Translations under genes and position numbers: made by a program
Shown: piece after piece, positions 31,995 to 40,122 of the stretch
Layout: each line of letters opens with the position of its first letter
How positions within the stretch are numbered: the stretch's first letter is position 1
The notes under the pieces: generated by a model
Told to the model about the DNA's origin: nothing
Seen by the model: only the letters and a program-made list of their open reading frames with translations
Databases searched by the model: none
Virus record (IMG/VR): IMGVR_UViG_3300045988_055798
Source: a virus
Strand: one strand, 5' to 3'
Length of the DNA: 40,247 bases

Positions 31995-32023
31995 AATATA
32001 TATCGTACGCACAATAAAGTCAA
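31995..32023 (-). promoter_or_regulatory. Sigma-70-type promoter A with an inverted-repeat operator
   Basis: Minus strand: TTGACT, 17 nt, TATATT. TTATTGTGCG / CGGACAATAA inverted repeat spans the -10. AAAAAATTTTGGAAAA lies upstream. Confidence 0.6.
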
Positions 32024-32043
32024 GAGGTTTTCCAAAATTTTTT

Positions 32044-32060
32044 GCTGTCTCGCTATGAGG
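32044..32060. repeat. Right arm of the 17-nt inverted repeat bracketing the cassette
   Basis: gctgtctcgctatgagg. Lies upstream of the promoter A -35, between it and the gp25-like gene stop. Confidence 0.85.
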
Positions 32061-32084
32061 TTGTCAAGGTGCAATCTGGATAGG

Positions 32085-32495
32085 TCAGTTTAGAGTGACC
32101 TCCACACTGGTCTGCATCTCTCCATATACTGTGCTCACGGTGAGGGAGGCCCTCAACATATCCCCTTCCACGGCATACGTAAAGCCGGAGATCCCCCGCA
32201 CCCGGTCGTCCATTTTCAGCGCCTCGGTGATACGCCGCTGAAGTTCCGAGGCCACATACCCCGGGTCCTGCCCGATGAGCCCATCCCACTGCATCCCGGA
32301 GTAGGGGGAATAAATCTGCCAGCGGAACCGCTCCACGTTGAGAATGACTTCCACGGCCTGGCGGACGGACTGCCAGCCGTCGCACTCCCCCTGGATGCGG
32401 TTGGTTTCCTTGTTGATATACCACGTCCTGGAGGGCTGGGAGACGAAGGACACCCCGGCGGACAGGTCGATGGCGGATGTAGGTAAAGTCGGCAT
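32085..32495 (-). CDS. Baseplate wedge protein, gp25/W-like (DUF2634, XkdS type)
   Basis: 136 aa. SRTWYINKETNRIQGECDGWQSVRQAVEVILNVERF pattern. Confidence 0.7.
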   Translation of the reverse strand: MPTLPTSAIDLSAGVSFVSQPSRTWYINKETNRIQGECDGWQSVRQAVEVILNVERFRWQIYSPYSGMQWDGLIGQDPGYVASELQRRITEALKMDDRVRGISGFTYAVEGDMLRASLTVSTVYGEMQTSVEVTLN

Positions 32496-32983
32496 CAGGC
32501 TTCCTCCTCAAAAATCCGGGACAGGACGATGAACTTCTGCCCGTGCTGTACCCGCAGCAGGAGCACTCTGTCCCCCTCCTCCAGCCTGCGGTTCAGGATA
32601 ATAAAACCGTCCTTGACAGGCAGCTTCTTCCCGTCCTCCCAGCACACAATGTCCTCCCCCTGTAGGGTGGCGTCCGCCCCCTCAGAAACCAGAGCGTATT
32701 CCCCCAGGTAGGAGCCGTCCAGTCCCGTGGTGGTGGTGCCCGCCGAGTTGGCATGGGTGTGGGAGAGGGTCTGAATCCGGTGCCTGTGGGCCAGCACCGG
32801 GATTTTCTTCTCAATCACCGGCTCAGTGAGGCAGAGCTGCCTCCGTCTCAGGGGAGATGTGGCAGGGTTAATGGTAATCTCCAGCGGTTCTTCTCTGGTC
32901 ACCGTGCCCACCCGCAGGTCTGTTGGCTGCCCGGCGGCGGTGTTCTCCTGCATCATCTGGTACAGAACATCTTTCAGATCCAC
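32495..32983 (-). CDS. DUF2577 (XkdR-type) baseplate/spike-associated protein
   Basis: 162 aa. GTVTREEPLEITINP...GDRVLLLRVQHGQKFIVLSRI. Confidence 0.65.
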   Translation of the reverse strand: MDLKDVLYQMMQENTAAGQPTDLRVGTVTREEPLEITINPATSPLRRRQLCLTEPVIEKKIPVLAHRHRIQTLSHTHANSAGTTTTGLDGSYLGEYALVSEGADATLQGEDIVCWEDGKKLPVKDGFIILNRRLEEGDRVLLLRVQHGQKFIVLSRIFEEEA

Positions 32984-32994
32984 GCACTCACCTC

Positions 32995-33972
32995 TTACAC
33001 ATGTTCCAGCCCCAGGGTCTCAAACTCCATTGTGTGGTCGTCATTTGCCCAGGTGTGGGTCACCTTCTCCAGAAGGACGTATTGGTCGAGATTGATATCC
33101 CCAAGACCCTGCACCTTCATGAGCACCATCTGTCCCGCCCGCAGGCCGGGCACCCCCAGGGAGGATACCTTCAGCGTCCGCATCCGGCGGTTATAGCACG
33201 ACAAGGTGGCCCGGGCCTGGGCCTGTACCTGCGCGTCATTCATGGTACCATCCACCGTCTGGTAGAGCTGGAGCATGCCCCACTGTGCAATTGTGGCGCT
33301 GTCCTCCGCTACGAACACATCCGCCCTGCCGGTCTCCTCGTTGGGCCGGGCCAGTTTGACGTGGTTGTAGGTCTGCTCGTCGATGTCGGTCTTGTAGGTG
33401 TAGTCGGTCAGCAGGGACATGTCGCCGATGACCACGTTGGAGACCATATCCCGGGGCTGCCGGAGGGCCAGTCCGTTTCCATCATCGAACAGTACATAGA
33501 TGTTCCCGGTGTTGAGCAGGGTCTGTTGGATGGCTTCCCCCAGGATATCCAGGCAGCTCTCGTCCTCCTTATAGAAGTCCGGGATAGCGTACCCCGTATC
33601 CGCTACCTGCCCCACGTCAATCTGGAGGTCGGCGGCGATCTGCCGGAGCATATCCCCGGCGGTCTGCGCCTCAAAGTTATAGGATGCGTTGGCCTTCAGA
33701 TAGCGGATGCGGTCGTAGCATGTGACCTGAATCTCCCCCCAGCGGTCCTTGCTCTTGGTGAATACCCAGCCGTAGAACTGGAGCTGGCCGTCCGCCGAGA
33801 ACCGGACGATATCGCCCTCGGCGAAGCTCAGATCCCCGGCTTTCAGTACATTGAATTTCAGTGTGCCCGGCGAACCGGTGCGTTCCGTGCTCCAGGTAAC
33901 CTCCGGCACGGAGTTGGATATCTCCCACATCTTTCCGCCGGACTTGTTGGCAATAATCAGCTCTGTCTTCAC
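32995..33972 (-). CDS. Baseplate hub protein (XkdQ/YqbQ, gpD-like)
   Basis: 325 aa. WSTERTGSPGTLKFNV...CYDRIRYLK. Confidence 0.75.
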   Translation of the reverse strand: MKTELIIANKSGGKMWEISNSVPEVTWSTERTGSPGTLKFNVLKAGDLSFAEGDIVRFSADGQLQFYGWVFTKSKDRWGEIQVTCYDRIRYLKANASYNFEAQTAGDMLRQIAADLQIDVGQVADTGYAIPDFYKEDESCLDILGEAIQQTLLNTGNIYVLFDDGNGLALRQPRDMVSNVVIGDMSLLTDYTYKTDIDEQTYNHVKLARPNEETGRADVFVAEDSATIAQWGMLQLYQTVDGTMNDAQVQAQARATLSCYNRRMRTLKVSSLGVPGLRAGQMVLMKVQGLGDINLDQYVLLEKVTHTWANDDHTMEFETLGLEHV

Positions 33973-34718
33973 GTATCGCTCACCACCTGGAGGGCGTTTT
34001 TGTCTATCCAGCCCAGGGGATTCCCGGCCTCGTCTGTGATGTGGACGCTGGCGGGGCGGGTGGCGTCTACAATCCGTGACACCAATACCCTCCGTCCGGA
34101 GGCCGTGCCGTGGGGCTCATCCCCGTAGCTGGTGTAAAAATAGGAGCCGTTGGCAATGCACGCCGCACCGGCATAAAGCTGTCCTTGCGGGATTGTGCGG
34201 GAGGGTTCCGCTGTGACTTCCACCGGCATCCCCGCGGGCTGCCGGCCGCTCTGTGCAGAAAGAGACTGCGGGGTATAATCCCGATACTCGGTCAGAGTCA
34301 GATCGTAGTAAAAATCGCCGGTCTCCCCTCCGCGCTCCTCGGTGTTGAACTGGGTGACCAGCACTTCAAAGCCGGTGTCGCCAGTCATGAATGGCTCCCC
34401 GTTCTCATAGTACCGCACAGGGGTGTAGATGATGGGCGCCTTGTCGTTCATGGCGCTCTCAAAGAACTGGATGTAATACTCAGGCGGGTGGAAGGTGCCC
34501 CATTGATTGATTCCAGAGAACTCCCGCCCGGGGAAAAAGGAGGAAATGGTCACCTCCCGCAGCTTGGGTATGCGGGGGATCATGATGGGGCCGATGCCCA
34601 GCACGTTGTATTCGCTGTTGTCGTTGTCCCGGGCCACGGGCAGCTTTTCCGGGTTCACCGGCAGGCGGATGACCGTACCGTCCCGCGTGAAAAACAATCC
34701 GAAGTTATTGACGGACAT
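33969..34718 (-). CDS. XkdP-position tail protein (N-terminal XkdP-like region, SH3-like C-terminus instead of LysM)
   Basis: VIRLPVNPEKLPV...ISSFFPGR. Directly downstream of the tape measure gene. Confidence 0.6.
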   Translation of the reverse strand: MSVNNFGLFFTRDGTVIRLPVNPEKLPVARDNDNSEYNVLGIGPIMIPRIPKLREVTISSFFPGREFSGINQWGTFHPPEYYIQFFESAMNDKAPIIYTPVRYYENGEPFMTGDTGFEVLVTQFNTEERGGETGDFYYDLTLTEYRDYTPQSLSAQSGRQPAGMPVEVTAEPSRTIPQGQLYAGAACIANGSYFYTSYGDEPHGTASGRRVLVSRIVDATRPASVHITDEAGNPLGWIDKNALQVVSDT

Positions 34719-34735
34719 ACCGGCCTCCTCTTTTC

Positions 34736-36601
34736 TTATCCGCTTGCGGGCCGCGCCGTGCTGCGCGTGGAGCCGGAGGCGGTCTGCTCGATCAGAATGT
34801 CCCGGATGGCATTGGCGAGGCTCTGGCGGTCGGCGGCGGTCCGCCCGGTATTGGCTCCGTTGACCGTGATCACCGGAGTCTGTGCCGTCAGGTTGACGTT
34901 GTTCACATACCGCCGCTCCGCCACGTCCACCAGGGATTTGATGTCCTCGTCGCTCATCTTGACCGACTTCTCGATGCTCCCTACGCTCCCGGCGATATCG
35001 CCCAACTGGCCGGAGAGCTCGTCGTAGGGCACGCCGGAAAGAGCCGCGCCAACGGCGTCGTTCCCATTTCCGCTGAACAGATTGGCTCCCCAGTTATAGC
35101 CCGTGTTCCAAGCGTCTCCATAGTTGAACCGGTAATCAATCGTCGGTGCATTCCTGTCCAATGTAATAGCGTTTTCGTTTTTGCCCCACTTGAGGACGGA
35201 GTCTTGCAGCGAAGTGAGGCCGGCGGTCCAATTTGTTCCGAAGATGGCGTCAATAATCTTCGTCACAACTTTGCCCAAATCTAGAAACCAGGAGATAATA
35301 TTTCCGATTAAATTGGCGACTGCCCCGCCGAACGAATCAAACCCGCCGTTCGTAACATTCAGGACCCATTCGATGATTCCAAGAAAAGGTGTCACAAAGA
35401 TAGACCATACAGCCTGAATGATTCCATTGAGCAATCCGATGACTGTATTTCCAATAATCGCGGCTACTGTGAGCACTGCTCCGGCAATAATTCCGGTGGC
35501 CGACACACTGGTCCCGGCGAAGTGATTCACCGCCGCCGTCACTGCGTAAATGGCCCCGATCACCAGCGCAATGATGATAAGCGGCAGCCCCCAGGTGGTC
35601 GCCATGACCGCCCCAAGCATCTCCTGTGCGGTTGTCAAGGCCGTAGTCGCCGCCGTGCAAATGTTGGTCCAGTTGGCTGCCAGAAGGAACACGCCGAACG
35701 CAGCACCCAGGCCCAGGACAATGGGGCCCACTAGGTCGATATTATTTGCCAGCCAGGAGATTGCATCCAGCACCGGGTCAAGGGCCTGAATGGCGACGTT
35801 CTGGAACATCGTCCACACCTGCGCCCAGGTCATGGGCATCTGCTCAAACTGGGCGTTGGTCTCCTCCGCCGCCCCAAGCATGGCGTTCTTGACCACCTCC
35901 GCGGTGACCTTTCCCTCGCTGGCCAGCTCCCGCATCTCCCCGGTGGTGACGCCCATATACTCCGCGATGGTCTGGGCAATCATGGGGGTCTGCTCCAGCA
36001 CCGAATTGAGCTCCTCGCCCCGCAGGGTACCGGAGGCCAGGCCCTGGGTAAGCTGCACCAGCGCGGCCTGGGCAGACGCACCGGAGGCCCCGGAGATCGC
36101 CATCTGCTTTTGAATCTGCTCGGCGAAAGCCACCAGCTCGTCCGTTCCTGTAAATGCGTTCCCGGCTACCGTGCCGAGCTGGGAAACAAAGTCCGCCATA
36201 TCGGCGTAGGCTCCACGGCTGCGCATGGCCGCCTGATAAATCTCCTCCTGGGCTGCGGCCGCCGCCTCGGCGCTGCCGGTCATGAGCCGCAACCGGGCGT
36301 TGATGCTGGTGAGCTGGTCGGAGGTGTTTACCAGCCAGCGGACGGACTGCATACCCAAGAAGGTGCCTGCGAGGTTGCGGATCGTACCAAGCAGGGATGT
36401 CCCCCGGCTGTTGGTCTGCGTCATCTTCCCCGCAAGTTCTTGCATCTGTACGGCTGTGGCCGCAGCGGCGGTTTCCACATTCATCGTGGAAGCCCGCACA
36501 TCGTCCAGCATATTTGCCATCCTCTGCGCTACCTGTAAGCACTGGGTCATGGTGGACGTGAATTTATCCTCCAGAATCAGGGTTTCTCGAATTGCGGCCA
36601 T
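34736..36601 (-). CDS. Tail tape measure protein
   Basis: 621 aa, helical with a central hydrophobic stretch. Follows the chaperone pair. Confidence 0.85.
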   Translation of the reverse strand: MAAIRETLILEDKFTSTMTQCLQVAQRMANMLDDVRASTMNVETAAAATAVQMQELAGKMTQTNSRGTSLLGTIRNLAGTFLGMQSVRWLVNTSDQLTSINARLRLMTGSAEAAAAAQEEIYQAAMRSRGAYADMADFVSQLGTVAGNAFTGTDELVAFAEQIQKQMAISGASGASAQAALVQLTQGLASGTLRGEELNSVLEQTPMIAQTIAEYMGVTTGEMRELASEGKVTAEVVKNAMLGAAEETNAQFEQMPMTWAQVWTMFQNVAIQALDPVLDAISWLANNIDLVGPIVLGLGAAFGVFLLAANWTNICTAATTALTTAQEMLGAVMATTWGLPLIIIALVIGAIYAVTAAVNHFAGTSVSATGIIAGAVLTVAAIIGNTVIGLLNGIIQAVWSIFVTPFLGIIEWVLNVTNGGFDSFGGAVANLIGNIISWFLDLGKVVTKIIDAIFGTNWTAGLTSLQDSVLKWGKNENAITLDRNAPTIDYRFNYGDAWNTGYNWGANLFSGNGNDAVGAALSGVPYDELSGQLGDIAGSVGSIEKSVKMSDEDIKSLVDVAERRYVNNVNLTAQTPVITVNGANTGRTAADRQSLANAIRDILIEQTASGSTRSTARPASG

Positions 36602-36605
36602 GCTC

Positions 36606-36785
36606 TCACCTCCGATTCGCCCGGTCTTGGGCTTCCTTCTGGTCTCTCATGCTTTTCAGGGCGAACTCGGTCACCAGCCGTTTCTCCCTGGACGGGAGGG
36701 CGTCATACCGGGACGGGGCCCAGCCGAGGTTCACGAAGCAGTAATATGCCACCAGCATCTCCGTGTCCCAGCCGGCCCCGTCCAT
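36606..36785 (-). CDS. Downstream (T-like) frame of the tail assembly chaperone, reached by a -1 frameshift
   Basis: 59 codons (MDGAGWDTEMLVAYYCFVNLGW...). In frame with a -1 slip at AAAAAAC. Confidence 0.6.
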   Translation of the reverse strand: MDGAGWDTEMLVAYYCFVNLGWAPSRYDALPSREKRLVTEFALKSMRDQKEAQDRANRR

Positions 36786-37189
36786 CAGTTTTTTACCTCA
36801 TCCTCCTGCTCCGCAAAGCCGGACAGCTTCGTAATCTCCTTGACCAGCCGGGCATACTCGCCGGACAGCAGCAATTTACCGGGCACCAGCAGCGGGTCCA
36901 GGACGCCGCACCCGTCGCACAGCTCCTTGCTGGAAAAGTCGGGTTCCACCGTGGCGGCCACCACCATGCGGCGGGTGAAATCCACACTGTCCAACTGCTC
37001 GATTGTCTGTCCGCCCTCCTTCCGGCGGCGGGTGGCCTGCCGGGTGATGGCGTCGTTCTCCTCCTGGGTCAGCGCCCGGATCTTGAAGGGCACGGGCTGG
37101 CCACTTTCGTCCTGAAAGCGGTTGGAGATGACAACCTCCTTCTCCTCCGAGGTAGTGACGGGATGCAGAAATGCGGAAAGCTTACTCAT
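36785..37189 (-). CDS. Tail assembly chaperone (XkdN-like, G-like frame)
   Basis: 134 aa, between the tube and tape measure genes. Confidence 0.7.
   Translation of the reverse strand: MSKLSAFLHPVTTSEEKEVVISNRFQDESGQPVPFKIRALTQEENDAITRQATRRRKEGGQTIEQLDSVDFTRRMVVAATVEPDFSSKELCDGCGVLDPLLVPGKLLLSGEYARLVKEITKLSGFAEQEDEVKN
36788..36794 (-). promoter_or_regulatory. Slippery heptamer A_AAA_AAC for the programmed -1 ribosomal frameshift
   Basis: Minus strand ...GAG GTA AAA AAC TGA. After the slip, the reading CTG ATG GAC... continues in the 36606..36785 frame. Confidence 0.65.
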
Positions 37190-37201
37190 ATCGGTTCCTC
37201 C

Positions 37202-37678
37202 TTAATTACCCAGTTGGGCCGGATCGTTGAACGCCTGGAGCCGTGCCACGCGGGTGTAGGCGAAGTTGAAGTCATAGTTCAGCATGGTTTCCTCACTGTT
37301 CAGAACGGAGAGGGGCACGGTGCCGGTCAGGTGGCATCCGTAATAGGCCATAACCTGGGAGCCCAGTGTCGCCGAAGCGGAATCGGAGTTGGTAATCTGA
37401 ATATCAAACTCCGGCATAACGCCCGTCTGGATGTACTGGAGCACCATGTCCGTCCACAGGTTGGTGCCGTAGTAGATGTTGCCGGTACCCGTCAGCTTGG
37501 CCCCGTTGGGCTTGTCCTGGATGGTGCGGGTGCCAATGACCCGCATATCGCTGCTCTGGATTTCCGCATTGGTGGTGATGTTCCGCATACCGGCCACCAC
37601 ATAGTTCCGGCCCTCTTTGGTAACCACCACGGAGCCCTCCGCGCCGGTGACGGTGTCTTTTGCCAACAGATAAGCCAT
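37202..37678 (-). CDS. Tail tube protein (XkdM-like)
   Basis: ATG 37678 after GGGAGGTG. MAYLLAKDTVTGAEG... Confidence 0.8.
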   Translation of the reverse strand: MAYLLAKDTVTGAEGSVVVTKEGRNYVVAGMRNITTNAEIQSSDMRVIGTRTIQDKPNGAKLTGTGNIYYGTNLWTDMVLQYIQTGVMPEFDIQITNSDSASATLGSQVMAYYGCHLTGTVPLSVLNSEETMLNYDFNFAYTRVARLQAFNDPAQLGN

Positions 37679-37691
37679 ATTCACACCTCCC

Positions 37692-39029
37692 TCAATTCAC
37701 GGTGATGGTGACGTAGATCTTCTCCACGCTGTCCACCGGCTGGATCGCCAGGTTGACCACGATGGCGTCAATGGCCTCGCCGGGCTCTACGGTCACGTCC
37801 TCGGCCTCAAAGTTCTGAATGCCGTTATTGGCCTGGATGTCCAGCAGATATCCCACGATGGCGCTCTTGAACATCATGCGGCCCTGCCCATTGTTGTTCA
37901 CGGAGCCGATGTAGCCGTCGGAGAACTGCTGATAGATGTCGTTGGCGACGGTGTTCAGCAGCCGGATCACCCGGTTCTTGTGATAGGGCCCGGTGATATC
38001 GGTGGTATAGGTCACCAGAGAGTTGATATCCTGCTCCACCTTCACCACCCCGTCGTCGGCAAAGAGGACAAACTGGCCGGCAGTCAGGGCGTCGATGTAC
38101 CCGGAGTTGGTCAGCTTGGGGGACACGTCCACCGCGTTTGGATAGGCGGCGTAGGTCAGGGACTCGTTATACTGGGCCCCAGCCAGGGCCCCGCCGGCCC
38201 ACCAGGTCACCTGCTGGGGGGTGAGTGCGGTGCCATCACTGAGCACAACGCCGCTCATGATGTTGACCACAAAGCGGTCGTCCGGGTTGGTGAGCCCCGC
38301 AGCCACCAGTTGGGTATAAGCCCCCTCCTCCGCCGCCAGGCGCTTCACAAAGGCCACCATCGCGTCCTGCACGGTGGTGTCGGCGCCGTCGTAAATGAGT
38401 ACGTCGAATTTGTAGGGTTCGATGGCTGCCAGGAAGTCGGTGTAATCGGCGGATGCGGGAGAACCATCGGCGCCGCCGGAGAGCGCCTTTCCCACCGTGG
38501 CGGCCAGGGCTCCGGTACCACTCCAGGCCACCCAGTCGTTGGCGGATAGCTCCTCCACCGTCTTTGCGGTCTGCTGGTCCACAATCTCCCCGCCCACCAC
38601 CGTGGACACGGCGAAAGCATCCTCCGGGTCAGTCAGCTCGGTAATGACGATGGAGATATCGTTGCCCCGAACCCCGGGATACTTTGCGGTGGCCGTCAGG
38701 GGCGAAACCTCTGCGCTTGCCTGCTTCTGCCCGGTGGCCCCCAGGCGGTAGAGCAGCAGCTTATTGGGGGCCGCCGTCCGGTTGGTGCCCTTGAAGATCT
38801 CGTTGAGGAACCGGTTCTTGGGATTGGTGATGTCATACCCGGTGTAGGGGGTCATATTGGCCCCGGCCTCGATCTCCTGCACCGTCTCCACCGGGCCCCA
38901 GCTCATGGCCTCCGCGATGGCTACCACGCCCCGGTCGCTGACCGTGAGCCCCAGCCCCCGGTCCGAGGCAAACCGGATGTAGACGCCGGGCCGCACCTTG
39001 TTCTGGCTCGCCCAGGTACCTCCTGCCAT
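37692..39029 (-). CDS. Contractile tail sheath protein (XkdK-like)
   Basis: ATG 39029 after AAGGAG. MAGGTWASQNKVRPGVYIRF is a typical sheath N-terminus. Confidence 0.9.
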   Translation of the reverse strand: MAGGTWASQNKVRPGVYIRFASDRGLGLTVSDRGVVAIAEAMSWGPVETVQEIEAGANMTPYTGYDITNPKNRFLNEIFKGTNRTAAPNKLLLYRLGATGQKQASAEVSPLTATAKYPGVRGNDISIVITELTDPEDAFAVSTVVGGEIVDQQTAKTVEELSANDWVAWSGTGALAATVGKALSGGADGSPASADYTDFLAAIEPYKFDVLIYDGADTTVQDAMVAFVKRLAAEEGAYTQLVAAGLTNPDDRFVVNIMSGVVLSDGTALTPQQVTWWAGGALAGAQYNESLTYAAYPNAVDVSPKLTNSGYIDALTAGQFVLFADDGVVKVEQDINSLVTYTTDITGPYHKNRVIRLLNTVANDIYQQFSDGYIGSVNNNGQGRMMFKSAIVGYLLDIQANNGIQNFEAEDVTVEPGEAIDAIVVNLAIQPVDSVEKIYVTITVN

Positions 39030-39030
39030 G

Positions 39031-39192
39031 TCAATCACGCTCCTTGTCTTTGAAGAATGCCTTGACCGCCTTGTCGGCCTCGGCGATGGTATACTCGCTC
39101 TTACACAGGACTACCCCGAGGAAGTCCTGCTGATATTTCGCATAGCGGTGAGCTTTCAGCAGAATCTCCCGCCGGTACTTTTTAGCTTTCAT
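39031..39192 (-). CDS. 53-aa basic hypothetical protein (below the ORF-track cutoff)
   Basis: MKAKKYRREILLKAHRYAKYQQDFLGVVLCKSEYTIAEADKAVKAFFKDKERD. Fills the gap before the sheath gene. Confidence 0.4.
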   Translation of the reverse strand: MKAKKYRREILLKAHRYAKYQQDFLGVVLCKSEYTIAEADKAVKAFFKDKERD

Positions 39193-39640
39193 CTTTCAGC
39201 CTCTCGTCGTAGTTCATGGCCTGCATCTTGACCACAGCTTCGGGGATAGATACCCGCTCCAGCAATTCGAAGCGATAGTGCAGGGCGTCCAGATCTATGC
39301 GCCATTCCCGTTCATGGGCCCGCAGCAGGATGGTTCCCGCCGTCTCCCCGTCGGAGTAGGGGAAGGTCTCCATCAGCAGATCCAGGGTCTCCCCTGCCCG
39401 CTGGTACCTCTGCTGCAAATCCGGGCGGTTGTAGTCCTCCAGATAGGTGAGGTCAAGCCCCAGCCTCCGCCGCCAGAACCCGCCGGTCTCCAGGGTTGTA
39501 TAGTTGTAACGGGTCTGGAGGAACATGCAGGGCGGAATACTGCCCTGCTGGTTGGGGTCTTCGTAGAAGGCCACACTTGGGAAGCAGGGGGCCAGGTAGT
39601 CCGCCAAGGATTTGGCGATGGTGGTTACAGTCAGGTTCAT
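39182..39640 (-). CDS. Tail completion/terminator-like protein
   Basis: 152 aa in the neck-tail junction position. PPCMFLQTRY...LDLTYLEDY pattern. Confidence 0.45.
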   Translation of the reverse strand: MNLTVTTIAKSLADYLAPCFPSVAFYEDPNQQGSIPPCMFLQTRYNYTTLETGGFWRRRLGLDLTYLEDYNRPDLQQRYQRAGETLDLLMETFPYSDGETAGTILLRAHEREWRIDLDALHYRFELLERVSIPEAVVKMQAMNYDERLKDES

Positions 39641-40122
39641 TCCATCAGCTCCTCCAATCCCTTCAACTCCTCCCGCAGTACCCGGCGGTACTCCTCCACC
39701 GCCTTGTCTACCATGAACAGGCCGGGGACATAGGCCGTCCGGGTACCTACCACGATACCGCCCGTTCCGTCTGGGTTAAATTCCAGCAGCCCGGAGCCCG
39801 GATTGATGACCAGCCCAGGCACAAAGTGGCGGTCCATCCGGTGCCCGTCGTTGACAAAGGAGGCGTACTGCTTGTCGTTGTTGAGCTCCGACACATAGCT
39901 GTCCCCCTGCCGTACCGGTCTGGGACGGCTGTCGGTCACCCAGTGCTGCTTCATCTCTCCGGTGCGGGTGTTGGTTCCGCGCAGACTGTTGACGGTGGGC
40001 GGCGTCTCCTCCACTGCCTTTTCCACGGCCCGTAGGGCAGCATTCATTCCGGCCCGCGCCAGAATACCCGGAATTTGCGTCTTAGCCTGTCTGAGCTGCC
40101 TTATGCGCTCCTCCAGGTTCAT
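39637..40122 (-). CDS. HK97 gp10-family neck/tail-completion protein
   Basis: ATG 40122 (MNLEERIRQL...). YASFVNDGHR motif. Confidence 0.65.
   Translation of the reverse strand: MNLEERIRQLRQAKTQIPGILARAGMNAALRAVEKAVEETPPTVNSLRGTNTRTGEMKQHWVTDSRPRPVRQGDSYVSELNNDKQYASFVNDGHRMDRHFVPGLVINPGSGLLEFNPDGTGGIVVGTRTAYVPGLFMVDKAVEEYRRVLREELKGLEELME

Noticed and set aside
35844-36542. 232-aa minus-strand ORF nested out of frame in the tape measure gene
   Set aside because: It is Arg/Gly/Pro-rich low-complexity sequence lying entirely within a strongly supported CDS.
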